A DNA stretch of 64,000 bases from NCBI GenBank assembly GCA_041389525.1, contig JAWKRR010000018.1, positions 1,721 to 65,720 on the forward strand. Direction: 5' to 3'. This DNA comes from Myxococcota bacterium (GTDB lineage Bacteria > Myxococcota_A > UBA9042 > PHBI01 > JACKFB01). Each line of letters starts with the position of its first letter. Position 1 is the first letter of the stretch. The notes under the pieces were generated by a model. The model was not told the DNA's origin and did not search any database. It was given only the letters and a program-made list of their open reading frames with translations. The position numbers and the translations under genes are program-made. Below, in pieces: positions 52,381 to 63,335 of the stretch.

Positions 52381-52570
52381 GGTGAGGTCGCGCCGGATGA
52401 CTATCGAACCTGCTTCTAAACCCATCACCCATAATAGGTGGGGTTCACTATGGACGCTTAAGGCTTCCGGCTACGAGGCCGGCATGCTCACCGCGTTCAG
52501 GGGCGAATCCCGAGGTTAGAAGATAGGGGATAGAATCAAAGGCTGGAAGGCCATCCGGCAGACCATCACC
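52381..52570 (-). ncRNA. ssrS: 6S RNA
   Basis: 190-nt rod. Closing stem GGUGA(U)GGUC.GCCGGAUG/CAUCCGGC..GACCUCACC; inner stem CUAUC..CUUCUAACC/GGUUUAGAAG..GAUAG. The minus strand carries CCCCUGAAC, GGUGAGCAUG-CCGGC-loop-GCCGG-AAGCCUUAA and GUGAACC..GGGUU, matching recalled E. coli 6S motifs. No covariance search was run. Confidence 0.78.
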
Positions 52571-52576
52571 AACTGC

Positions 52577-52585
52577 AGGCTACCA
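52577..52585 (-). promoter_or_regulatory. Putative extended -10 promoter (TGG-TAGCCT) for the 6S RNA
   Basis: TGnTAnnnT pattern ending 6-7 nt before the predicted 5' end at 52570. Confidence 0.45.
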
Positions 52586-52747
52586 CATTCGGCCCGGAGT
52601 GGAAGTCACCGGAAGCGAAAACCCGCACGCGCCGAAAACGCAGGCGGTGACTGCCTCTGATGACACCTCTACGCACGGCGGGGGGAGTGTGTCATTGTCG
52701 TGGTATCCCGTTGAGTACAAGTCGCCCCGTCCACGCGGGGGTGCGCG

Positions 52748-53203
52748 ATGCAGGGTCTCCGTGAGCTCCTCGACGCGTTTGACGAGCCCGCCTTCTTGCT
52801 GGACCTCGCGGGCGTCGTGGTGTTCGCCAACCTCGCCGCGCAAGCCGCGGGGATGAGCGGGCCGGTCACACCCGAGGGCGATGCGGCGCTGCACGTCGGC
52901 GTTCGCAGGGTGCGCTTCGAGCTGGACGGGGAGTCGCTCGAGCTCGTGGTGCCCAAGCCGATCTACGCCGCCGACAGCTCGGAGGTCCTGCCTTGGGCGC
53001 TGCCGCCTTGGATGGAGCGCGTGGCGCACCCGCTCGCCCATGGCCTCTGCGACAAGGAGATCGCCGTCGAGCTGGACATGCCGCTGAGCTCGGTGCGCAC
53101 CTGCGTCGCTCGGATCTTCCGCCGCGTGGGGGTCCACAGCCGCGCCGAGTTCATCGCCAAGATCGGCGAGCTACAGCGGGCCGCGCGGAGCCGCCCGCGC
53201 TGA
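52748..53203 (+). CDS. LuxR-type HTH transcriptional regulator with short PAS-like N-terminus
   Basis: LAHGLCDKEIAVELDMPLSSVRTCVARIFRRVGVHSRAE; N-terminal LDAFDEPAFLLDLAGVVVFAN. Confidence 0.8.
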   Translation: MQGLRELLDAFDEPAFLLDLAGVVVFANLAAQAAGMSGPVTPEGDAALHVGVRRVRFELDGESLELVVPKPIYAADSSEVLPWALPPWMERVAHPLAHGLCDKEIAVELDMPLSSVRTCVARIFRRVGVHSRAEFIAKIGELQRAARSRPR

Positions 53204-53231
53204 GCCTGCCGAAGCGCGCCCGGCCCGCGCC

Positions 53232-56200
53232 CTAGGGCGTGCCGACCACGATGAACTCGGCTGCCTGGTCCACGTCGCCGCCTGGGTCCGCGGCGGTGAA
53301 GCGCAGGACGCTGACGCCGCTGACAGGCGCGCTGAACCCGAACCACTCCTCGGTGCTGCTGGCCGTCGGCAGCGCGACGTTTGGCAGCTCGTCGAGCAGC
53401 GTGCCGCCCCCGTCGGGGTCGCCGTCGTAGACCGCGAAGGTGCCGACCGCGGGGTTGACGTAGTCGGCTGAGTCTCGCGTCCAGTAGTACAGGCCGTCGA
53501 CGGTGACCGGCGCCGGGAAGGTGATCTGCCACCACGAGGCGTTGGCGACCTCGCCGGGGTTGGTCACCCAGGCGGTCCACAGCGTGTGGTCCGCGGCCTC
53601 GGCCGCCTCGTACCCGGCGCTCCACGCGCTGCTGGCCGTCGCGACAGCACCCGGCAGGTAGGTCAGGAAGATGGAGCCCGGGTCCACCGAGAGGCCGGTC
53701 GTGACCTCGACGGGCGGGCTGGTCGCCCCGAAGAGGCCGACCGCGTCTGCGTCGAAGGTGGTGACGCCGTCGATGTTCCCGTAGACCGAGGCGTAGCCGT
53801 AGTAGAGGCCCTCGGTGACGACGGTCGTGGGGTCCACGGAGAGCACGGCCGGGTCGTTGGAGGTAAACGCGACCTCCAGGTCGGCGTCGACCACCTGATA
53901 CTGCCCGGCCGCCAGTGTGTAGACGAAGAAGGTCGCGGGGTTGAAGCCGAGGGTGGCAGGCACGCTCGAGATCAGCAGCTCAGGGATGACGACGCCGAAC
54001 TCGACGAGCTCGCTCGGCACGTAGCCGGGGGCCGACGCGGTGATGGCGGCGTTGCCTGGCTGCGCGCCGACCACGGTGACGTACACGTAGTCCCCGCCGG
54101 CGAGAACGGTCGCCGAGGGCTGCGGGCTCACGATGGCGGGGTCCGAGGACTCCAGGGTGATCTCGAGGTCCGCGGGCACGTAGTAGGGCTGGCCGTTGAG
54201 CCGCGTCCGGATGTAGCAGTTCGAGTGGCGCAGGCCCACGCCGACGGTCTGGGGGCTCAGCGCGCAGTTCTCGAAGTGCAGGCTGAGCTCGGGATCGACG
54301 ACGGTCACCAGGTCGGAGTCGGAGCTGTAGAGACCGGACGCTTCGGCGCGCACTTGGTAGGTGCCGGTGGCCGTGGGCTGCGAGATGTAGATGTACGGCG
54401 AGTAGTAGGTGTCGGCCGGGATCAGCGTCTCGGTGATGAGCGACCCGCCGGCGGGCGCGTCGTAGAAGGCCACGATGCCCGCGGGGTTCGCGTTCAGCGT
54501 CGAGAGCTGCACGGTCATGTCCCCGCGCGCGTAGAGGGCGTTGCCGTAGAGGCTCGCGGTCGTCGCCAGCAGCCAGACGGCGTTGGGTGGGCTGAGCGTC
54601 GAGCGCTGGGTCTCCAGGCCGCTGAAGATGAACTCCGGCGGGTCGACGGTCACGGGGAGCGCGGCCGGGGCGTAGGTGCCGGAGTCGTCGGAGGCCGTGA
54701 CGGTCAGCACGTCGTCGCCGACCGACACGCCGTCGAGGGCGAAGTAGGCGTAGTCGAGGCCCGCCGGGATCGTCGTCTCGGCCACGAACGCGCGACCGGA
54801 GGCTGAGGCGAAGTGCAGGGTGAGCGGGGTCGGGGGGGCGTGGTTGAGGCCGTTGAGGTGGCGGCGGATGTAGCAGCTGGTGTGGTAGAGGCCCACGCCG
54901 GTGAAGTAGCCGGCGGCGCAGTTTTCGAAGCTCAGGGCGAGGTCGCCGGCCGACACGCTGACCGTCTCGGAGTCGCTGATGGCGAAGCCGGGGGCTTGGG
55001 CGCGCGCCGCGTAGGAGGCCGGTCGTCGTGGGCTGCGAGATGTAGTGGTAGCCGACGTAGTAGCTGCCCGCGGGGGCCAAGATGCTGTTTTGGGGTGTGC
55101 TGGCGCCGTCCTGGAACTCGACGATCCCCGAGGTGGAGCCGGGCGTCAGCGAGAGGTCGACGGTGGTGTCGGCGAGCAAGTACATGGCATAGCCCGGGAG
55201 GGAGGGCAGCTCGTAGAGCAGGTAGAAGTCGTCCGGGAGGCTGAGGGGGCTGCGGGCCGTGTCGAGGGCGACGAAGCGGAAGGTGGGCGCCTCGACGGTG
55301 ACGGCGAGGGTGGCGGGGTCGTAGGTGCCGGAGGCGTCGGACGCGGCGACGGTGAGGGTGTCGGGGCCGACGGCGACGCCGGCGAGCACGATGTAGGCGT
55401 AGTCGAGGCCCGCGGGGATGGTCGCCTCGGCGGCGATGGCGCGGCCCGTGGCCGACGTGAAGGTCAGGGTGAGCGGGGTCGGCGGGGCGTAGTTCTGGCC
55501 GTTCTGGAGGCGCCGGACGTAGCAGGTCGTGTGGTAGACGCCGACGCCGGTGAACATGCCGAGGCTGCAGTTCTCGAAGCTCAGCGAGAGGTTGGAGGTC
55601 ACGACCGAGACCAGGTCGGAGTCCTCGACGGCGAACCCGGGGGCGGACGCGCGGAGCCGGTAGGTGCCGTCCACGGCGGGCTGGGAGGCGTAGAACGGGC
55701 CGATGGAGGTGGCGCCGGCGGACCCGAGGACGGAGCCGACTGGGGCGCCGCCGCCGTCGACGATCGCCACGATTCCGGAGGTGGAGCCGGGGGCTAGCGA
55801 GAGGCTGACGAGGGTGTCTGCGGCCAGGGCCTCGCCGGTGGGGGTGCTGGCGGTGCCGAAGCTGAGGTAGACGTCATCGAGGGGGTCCAGGGTGCTGCGC
55901 TCGGTGTCCACGCCGGTCCAGGTCAGGCGCGGGGCCTCGACGGCGACTGGCAGATCGACGGCGCCGAAGAGGGGGGCTGAGAAGGTGAGGGTGTCGGCGC
56001 CGACCGCGATTCCGACGACCGGGAAGTAGGCGTAGTCGTAGCCGGGGGGAAAGGCGGCGCTGGCGCTGGCGCGGCCGGTGGCGGAGGTGACGGCGAGGGG
56101 GAGGCCGCCGATGGGCGCGTAGTTGACGCCGCCGACGAGGGCGCGGATGTAGCAGGCCGAGTGCTGGAGGCCCGCGCCGACCGATGTGCCGGCGGCGCAG

Positions 56201-59200
56201 TTCTCGGCGACCAGCGAGCCGGCGGCTGCGGTGACGTTCAGGCTGGCGGGGACGAGGCCGGGGCGGCTGGCGGAGAGGGTGGCGGCGCCGGCGCTGAGGG
56301 CGGAGACGATGACCGGGGTCGGCGAGACGAGCTGGCCTGCCGGGACGGTGACGGTGGCGGGGGTGACGGCGGCGACGGACGGGGTGGCGCTCGCGATGTC
56401 GATGACGAGGCCGCCGGCGGGGGCAGGGTGATCGATGCGGACCGAGCGGCTGGCGGGGCCGCCGACGGGGAGGCGGAGGTCGCCGGTGGGGTCGAAGGAG
56501 ACGGTGACGGTTTGGACGAGGAGCAGCGCGCTGTCGCTGTCCCAACCGGGTGCCGAGACGGCGACCGAGGTGGTGCCGGGGGTGACGCCGGTGAGGGTGG
56601 CGTTTGCGGCGGTGGCGCCTGCCGGGACGAGGATCTCGGGCGTTACGGTGGCGAGCGCCGGGCTGCCGGTGGAGAGGCTGACCGTGAGGCCGCCGGCCGG
56701 GGCGGGGGCCGTGAGGATGATGGGGACGGAGGCGTTGAGGCCGGGGCCGACGAGGAGGGCCGCGGGGAGCAGGAGCGCGCGCTGGAGGACGGTCACCAGG
56801 GCGGTGTCGGGCTGGTGGTCGGGGGCGGACGCGGTGAGGGTGGTCTGGCCGAGGGCGAGGCCGGTGACGACGGCGGGCGCGGGGAAGGAGAGGGCGCCCT
56901 CGGGGATGGTGACGGCGGCCGGCGTGACGGACGCGATGCCGGTGGGGGAGGTCGCCAGCGAGACCGTGACGCCGCCGGGGCCGGCGGGGGCCGAGAGCTG
57001 GACGGAGACGGTGGCCGTGTAGCCGGCGCCGACGAGGACCTCGGTCACGCTGAGGAAGAGGGTGCAGGCGCCGCCGGTGTGTACGCAGCCCTGAAGGCGG
57101 GATTGCAGGCGTCGGCGGTGCAGGCGGTGGCGTCGTCGCAGGAGGTGGGGGCGTGCGTGCAGCCGGTGGCGGGGTTGCAGGCGTCGGTGGTGCAGGCGTT
57201 GGTAATCCGCGGGGAGATGAGGCGTGCGCGCAATCCGAGGCAGGGTTGCAGCTGTCGGTGGTGCAGGCGCTGGCGTCGTCATAGGAGATGGGCTGGTGGG
57301 TGCAGCCCGCGTTCGCGTTGCAACCGTCGGCGGTGCAGGCGTCATCGTCGTCGCAGTTCGCGGGCGCGTGGCAGGTGCAGCCGGTTTGCGCGTCGCAGCC
57401 GTCGGTGGTGCAGGCGTCGCCGTCGTCGCAACCCAGCGCGACGTGCTGGCAGCCGGTTTGTGCGTTGCACGAATCGGTGGTGCACGCGATGCCGTCGTCC
57501 CGGCTGCCGCCTGATGCGTGCAGCCCGTGTTCGCCGTCGCAGCCGTCGGTAGTGCAGGCGTTTCGTCGTCGCACGACACCGGCACTCCTGCAACCCGACG
57601 CCGGGTTACGCAGCCTTCATCGGTGGTGCAGGCGCTGGCGTCGTCGCAGGAGACGGCGGTGGAGTGCAGCCGTGTTCGCGTCGCAGCCGTCGGTGACAGG
57701 CGTTTCCGTCGTCGCACGTTCGCGCGCTCGCAACCCGACGCCGGGTTGCAGCTGTCGGTGGTGCAGGCGCTGGCGTCATCGCAGGAGATCGCCTCGTGCG
57801 TGCCAGCCCGACTGGAACATCCGCAACCATCGGCCGTGCCGCGCGTCGCCGTCGTCGCAACTCACACCCGCGTGAGTGCAGCCCGCAGCGCGTCGCAGCC
57901 GTCGGTGGTGTACCAGCGATCCCCGTCGTCGCAGCCCAGCGCGACGTGCTGGCAGCCGGTTTGTGCGTTGCAGGAATCGGTGGCGTTGCACACCCCGATG
58001 CCGTCGTCGCACGACACCGCCTGATGCGTGCAGCCCGTGTTGTCGCGTCCGCAGCCGTCGGTAGTGCAGGCGTTTCCGTCGTCGCACGACACCGGCGCGC
58101 TCTCGCACCCCGACGCCGGGTTGCAGCTGTCCGGTGGTGCAGGCGCTGGCGTCATCGCAGGAGATCGCCTCGTGCGTGCAGCCCGACTGGGTGTCGCAAC
58201 CATCGGCCGTGCACGCGTCTTGTCGTCGCAACTCACACCCGCGTGAGTGCAGCCCACCAGCGCGTCGCAGCCGTCGGTGATGCAAGCGTCCCGTCGTCGC
58301 AGCCCAGCGCGGCGTGCTGGCAACCGGTTTGTGCGTTGCAGGAATCGGTGGTGCACCCGTGCCGTCGTCGCGGTGCCGCCTGATGCGTGCAGCCCGTGTT
58401 CGTCGCAGCCGTCGGTAGTGCAGGCGTTTCCGTCGTCGCACGACACCGGCGCGCTCGCACCCCGGCCGGTTGCAGCTGTCGGTGGTGCAAGCGCTGGCGT
58501 CATCGCAGGAGACCGCCTCGTGCACGCACCCCGTCAGCGCATCACCCATCGGCCGTGCACGCGTCGCCGTCGTCGCAGCCAACCGCCGCATGCGTGCACC
58601 CACCAGCGCGTCGCAGCCGTCGGCCGTGCACGCGTCGCCGTCATCGCAATCGACCGCCGCGTGCTGGCACCCCGTCTGCGCGTCGCAGCTATCCGCTGTG
58701 CACGCCAGCCCATCGTCGCACGACACCACCTCGTACACGCACCCGACCGCCGGCACGCACGTGTTCACCACGTGCACGCGTCCCCATCGTCGCAGTCCGC
58801 CGTCGGCCGCCGCCCGGCCCCACGCACCCGACCTCGACCATACGCCGCCGGTACCCGTCGCCCCCGCCACATTCCCGTCGTCGCACTCCTCGGTCACCTC
58901 CACCGTCCCATTTCCGCACACCGCCAGCGTCGCCATCCGCGCCCGCACCAGCTTCGCACCCTTGTTCGGCTTCGCCCGCTCGACGTCGCTCCACGCCACC
59001 CACAGCTTCCGATTCGCCCGCGCCGCCACCGCCGGCCAGCTCGGCGTCGCCTTGTCCGTCGTGTTGATGCGCGTGTCCTCCCCCGCAAAACCCCAGTCCG
59101 CCCCCAGCGTGCGCCCGTGAATCGTCCAGCCCTTATCCCCCGGCGTCCACGGCCGGTCGTCCGCCCACGCGACCACATAGCGCCCGCCCGAGATCTCGAA

Positions 59201-60262
59201 CCCCGCCGCCGGCTGCCGCTGCCGCCCCCCAACCGCCGACGACACGATCTCCAAGAACCCCGCCGGAGCCCCCGACGCCCAGACGCCCCGCGTCCAGACG
59301 TTCCAAGACTCACCGCTGTTCTCCGACGCCTCCTCCCACGCGGCCAGGAAGCCCCCATCGCCTCCCGCCGCCACCGTCGGGTGCTGGTGCAGCTTCGCCC
59401 CCGCGTCCAGGTACTCCACCCACCGCAGCGGCGCCCCATCCACCGAAAAGAGCCGCGACTGCACCGAGTACCCGCCGCCGCCCTTCGCCACCCACACCGC
59501 CAGCCACCGCCCATCCGCCGCCACCGCCACCGCCGGATGACGCGGGTCCTCAGGCGCGGGCGTGCTCACCGCGATGACCCCACCGACCGCCGCCCCCCCG
59601 GAGTCCAGCCGCTGCGCCAAGATCCGCCGCCCGGATGCCCCCGCCGCGACCCGGTCCCGCCACACCACCACGTACCCGCCATCCGGCAGCGCCCCCACGA
59701 CCGGCCGGTGCTCCGCCAGCGCCGACGTGACCGCCACCGCGAAATCTCCCCCGACCGGCGCGCCGTCCGCCGCCACCCGACGCGCCCGAACCGACGCCGC
59801 CTGCGTGTTCGCGTTCGCGCGCGTCCGCTCGCTCCACACCACCAGATACCCGCCGCCCGCGCCCGCCGCGACGTCCGCGTCCGCCTGCGACCGATTCGTC
59901 GCCGTGCTAATCGCGAAATCCGCCCCGACCGCCACGCCGTCCGCCCCGTAGAACCGCCCCCGCACCGGCCCATCCCCCGGCGCCGCCGGGTTCCCGAGCG
60001 TCTCCCCCACGAACACCACGAGCGCCGCCCCATCAGCCCCCTCGGCCACCGCCGGCCGCTCCCGCCCCAGCGCGGCCGACGTGTTCACGTCCATATCCGG
60101 CCCGTCAAAACAGAGGGGCTCCGCGCACGCCTCCGTCAACGCGCCCGCCGCGATCCCCAGCGTCGTGTCCGCCGGATCGTCCCCGTCACCACCGCAAGCG
60201 CCCCCCGCGGTCCCGGCGAGCACAACGCAGACCAATCCCCAAAGCGAGCGGGCGCTCTTCAT
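53232..60262 (-). CDS. Giant surface lipoprotein broken by frameshifts: VNT...Q..P.VA propeller-like repeats, Myxococcus Cys-rich repeat, Cys-rich stalk, Ig-like repeats and discoidin-like C-terminus
   Basis: Start MKSARSLWG..GGAC at 60262; CGNGTVEVTEECDDGN; indel-riddled CDDGxxCTxD repeats at 57.1-58.9 kb; clean frame about 57085-55020; single extra base near 55019; final frame to 53232. Confidence 0.75.
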
Positions 60263-60333
60263 GGCGGTTCCCCATGCAATCACGGTGTATCGGACATGCT
60301 GGCCCTGCCCCATGAGGCCGTCGAGGTCCGCAA

Positions 60334-60855
60334 TTGGGGACCGCCCTGGCCGCCCCGAAGCCCACGACGAACAGCCGCGCCCCGTGCTCGCGGAGGGACG
60401 CGATCGGCGCTATATTTCGCGGCTCCAGCGACGCCCCGTCACCGACCGCTTCGGCGCTGCCCGTCGCTGTTTGTGTCGAGCCCGCCACGTATTCCTGCGC
60501 CGCCCACTGCGCTACGAACCCCGGGAGTTCGTGCGTCGGCGGCGACTGCCCCTGCGACCCAGGCATCACCGACTTTGTCCTGACCTACGACGCGGCTACC
60601 GGCCACTGCGTCGACGCCACAGGCGGCTGCGACGACGTCACCGCCTTCTGCCGCGGCGGCGCCACCTGCCTGAAACTCACTCGCGGTGAGCCCTGGCTCC
60701 CCCTCCCCGGAGGCGCCACCGCCGGCGGCGCGTGCGAATGCGACCCGGCGTTCGAGGCCAACGCGCCCCCGGACCAGAAGGTCTGCGGCCAAGGCACCTG
60801 CTTCGACCTAGGAGCCTTCGGGCTCCCCGCCACGCCCCCCGTCTGCACCGATTGA
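60334..60855 (+). CDS. Hypothetical Cys-rich protein (start uncertain)
   Basis: Ordered Cys pairs (CAAHC, CPCDPG, CECDP, VCGQGTC) in a GC3-rich frame; N-terminus doubtful. Confidence 0.4.
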   Translation: MGTALAAPKPTTNSRAPCSRRDAIGAIFRGSSDAPSPTASALPVAVCVEPATYSCAAHCATNPGSSCVGGDCPCDPGITDFVLTYDAATGHCVDATGGCDDVTAFCRGGATCLKLTRGEPWLPLPGGATAGGACECDPAFEANAPPDQKVCGQGTCFDLGAFGLPATPPVCTD

Positions 60856-60987
60856 GCGCGGCTGCGGGCTGGCTTACCGCCCACCGCCAGCGGCTCGCTG
60901 CGATTGCGCGCCGAGGTGAGGCCCGACCGACTGGCCTCGCCAAGCCTGCGTCCGTGTGGAGGCGCCGCGACGCCGTCGCGGGCCCGC

Positions 60988-61506
60988 TCAGCGCGGCGCG
61001 GTGGCCAGCAGGGCGTCGAGGGTCGGAGCAGTCAGGATGGCCTCGAGCCACGCGTCGACTTCGGCATCGGAGGCGTCGAGCACGCGGGTCTCGATGGGAG
61101 TGGCCGGAGAGCCATAGCGCAGCGCGATCTGCTTGAGCAGCGCAAGCCGAGCGCCTTTGGCCACGCCCCGCGCCTCGCCCCGCGCCTCGCCCCGCGCCTC
61201 GCCCTCTTTGCGCAGCTTCTCCACTCCGTTCATCACGTACTCCTTCACTACCGGGTCAAGCTCGCCCACGAGGTCGACCACCGCATCGGGCGCGACCTCG
61301 TCGTTGATCTCGAAGACGTATCTTACGATCAGGCCGGCGAACCGCAATGGTTCAGGCTGCTCGGTCAGGAAAGCCCGGAAGAGATGGCGGTGCGTCTGGA
61401 GCGTCTCCAGCAAGCTAGCTTGGCGTCCGCGCGCGAGGAGGAGGCAGATCAGGGCTTGACCGTCGCCCCGGCTACCACGGGCCGTCCCTCTGGCACCGAG
61501 TGCCAC
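60988..61506 (-). pseudogene. C-terminal remnant of an Rpn/YhgA-like nuclease (DUF4351-like tail) with a possible independent 81-aa ORF at 60988..61233
   Basis: LRKEGEARGEARGEARG...LLKQIALRYG...VDAWLEAILTAPTLDALL; the PD-(D/E)xK N-terminus is absent; AAGGAG-6 nt-ATG at 61245-61231. Confidence 0.75.
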
Positions 61507-61518
61507 CCACGCGCGGTC

Positions 61519-62121
61519 TCAGGATGGGCCGAAGCCTCGGGCGAAGAGGGCGAAGGCTTCGACGCCGCGGCCTACCAGGTCGCCGCGGCCTTCGGATTCG
61601 TACCACTCGCACAGGAGGGCGCGGATCATTCCCATCAGGGCGCCGGCGGCGATGGCGGCCGTCTCGGGGGGCATGGCGCCGCAGCCGCCGCGCCGAAGTG
61701 CTTGGGCTATCTCGGCCTCCCACTCGGCGTCGACTTGCAGGTCGGCGGCCATCAGGTGTTTGGAGCCCTGGATTACTCGGTGCTGCAGCAGCCGCTCTTC
61801 GCGGTCCGCCGTGTACACCGCCGCGAGGGCCAAGATCGCTCGCCGCACGGTCTCCAGGGCTGACTCGCCCGGCAGCGGCGAGGCGACGAGCGAGCGAAAC
61901 ACCCCCAAGCGCCGCCGCTGGCCGCTGAAGAAGGCGGCCTCTTTGGTGGGGAAGTACCGAAAGAAGCTGCGTCGCGAGACCCCCGCCTCCTCGGCGATTC
62001 GGTCCACCGTGGTCGCGTCGAAGCCGTGCTCGGCGAAGAGCGCCAGCGCAGCCTCCAAGAGCGCCTCCTGGGTCCTGGCCCGCTTGTTGGGGGGTGGCAC
62101 TGTGGCCGGTTTGATACTCAT
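61519..62121 (-). CDS. TetR family transcriptional regulator
   Basis: ALFAEHGFDATTVDRIAEEAGVSRRSFFRYFPTKE. Confidence 0.93.
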   Translation of the reverse strand: MSIKPATVPPPNKRARTQEALLEAALALFAEHGFDATTVDRIAEEAGVSRRSFFRYFPTKEAAFFSGQRRRLGVFRSLVASPLPGESALETVRRAILALAAVYTADREERLLQHRVIQGSKHLMAADLQVDAEWEAEIAQALRRGGCGAMPPETAAIAAGALMGMIRALLCEWYESEGRGDLVGRGVEAFALFARGFGPS

Positions 62122-62128
62122 AGATTCC

Positions 62129-62156
62129 AGTCTAGTTTTGACATCTTGCCTGTCAA
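62129..62156 (-). promoter_or_regulatory. Sigma70-type promoter TTGACA-16 nt-TAGACT overlapped by the palindrome TTGACA-N7-TGTCAA
   Basis: -35 at 62156-62151 and -10 at 62134-62129; predicted +1 falls at or near the tetR ATG (62121). Confidence 0.6.
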
Positions 62157-62357
62157 TCCAGGCACTTGATGCTAATGACACTCAGTGCCGCCGGGCGCGC
62201 GGTCGGAGGAGATAAGCCAGCCCGAGAGGACTCCGCTAGGAAGCTGCCCGTCGGGGGAGGGAACGTCGACGCCCTCTTCGCACAGATGGCGCCCTTCCGC
62301 GAGCGCGACATGGGCTTTCGGGTCCACGCGTGTGCGGGCGGCGCCGCAGGGCGAGGT

Positions 62358-63335
62358 TTAGGTGAACAACCAGCGCCAGCCCGAGTAGCGCGGGCCGCTG
62401 AGCAGCGCCTTGATGTTCGCTCGCGCGGGGGCTTCGAATTGGTCGCGCATGACGTCTGTGTGGAAAATTTGGGGCGAGGCGAGCAGGCTACGTAGGAACT
62501 TCCGACGCTTCCAAAGATAGATGGGGCGGGGGACTTTGGCGTATTCCTCGGTCACGGCGTACTCGAAGTCCACGAATCGGAACGGGTGGCGGCCGAGGAT
62601 TGCCAGGTCGATGTCGACGACCAGGGCCTCATCCGGGGCCAGCGTCGCGGCGGCGGGGCGGCCGAGGTGCTGGGTGGCCCGAACGAGCCGGGCTGCGTCG
62701 CCTGCGAGTTCGGCGTCGACGCCCAGCCGGGCGAGGTCCTCGAGCAGCATGCGCGCGCTGCGTTCTTCGCTGTCGCCGGCCAAGGGCAGGTAGACCGCGT
62801 CGTGATACCAGAGCGCGAGCTCGGCGCGCAGCAAGGTTTCGGCGGTCCAAGCGTTCGCGTCGCTCGCGGAGAGGGCGTCCAGCGCATCGAGGCAGTCCAC
62901 GAGGTGCGCGACGTCGTGGTAATGGCGGTCCACGCCCGCCCAGGCGTCCAAGAGCGTGGCCGCCGTCTTCTCTGCCTCCGCGGCGTCGGCCCCCGCGCGA
63001 TGCGCGAGGTCAGTGAAGCGCTTGGCCAGCGCGTCGCGGTCGGGGCGGTTCTCGCTGCGATTGCGCTCCCAAACGTAAAAGAGGCGCTCTGTCGAGCAGC
63101 CCATCGCGCGGATGATGTTCATCGCGTCACAGCCGGGACACATCGCGTTGAGCGTGGTCATGAACTCGCTTGAGAGCGCTCTCGAAGGCAGCGAGAGCGT
63201 GCGGCCGTCCCGCGACGCAAACTCCCAGAACACGTCATCGTCGAAGGGGCCGTCACTTGTGGTGCGGATGGCGATCGCATCGAATCGTGACCAGTCCAGC
63301 GTCGCTTCTGAGGTGTCGATCGACTCTGCTGACAT
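62358..63335 (-). CDS. COG4339-like HD-superfamily metal-dependent hydrolase with an extra N-terminal domain
   Basis: RHYHDVAHLVDCL, LALWYHDAVY...SEERSA, VVDIDLAILG, YAKVP...RRKFL; N-terminal IRTTSDGPFDDDVFW domain. Confidence 0.82.
   Translation of the reverse strand: MSAESIDTSEATLDWSRFDAIAIRTTSDGPFDDDVFWEFASRDGRTLSLPSRALSSEFMTTLNAMCPGCDAMNIIRAMGCSTERLFYVWERNRSENRPDRDALAKRFTDLAHRAGADAAEAEKTAATLLDAWAGVDRHYHDVAHLVDCLDALDALSASDANAWTAETLLRAELALWYHDAVYLPLAGDSEERSARMLLEDLARLGVDAELAGDAARLVRATQHLGRPAAATLAPDEALVVDIDLAILGRHPFRFVDFEYAVTEEYAKVPRPIYLWKRRKFLRSLLASPQIFHTDVMRDQFEAPARANIKALLSGPRYSGWRWLFT

Noticed and set aside
52381-52570. Retron msr-msd or riboswitch
   Set aside because: There is no reverse transcriptase nearby and no riboswitch consensus; size and motifs fit 6S RNA better.
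52523-52660. HTH-like remnant 'DRIKGWKAIRQTI' on the plus strand
   Set aside because: A stop codon lies immediately upstream with no start codon, and it overlaps the predicted 6S RNA antisense.
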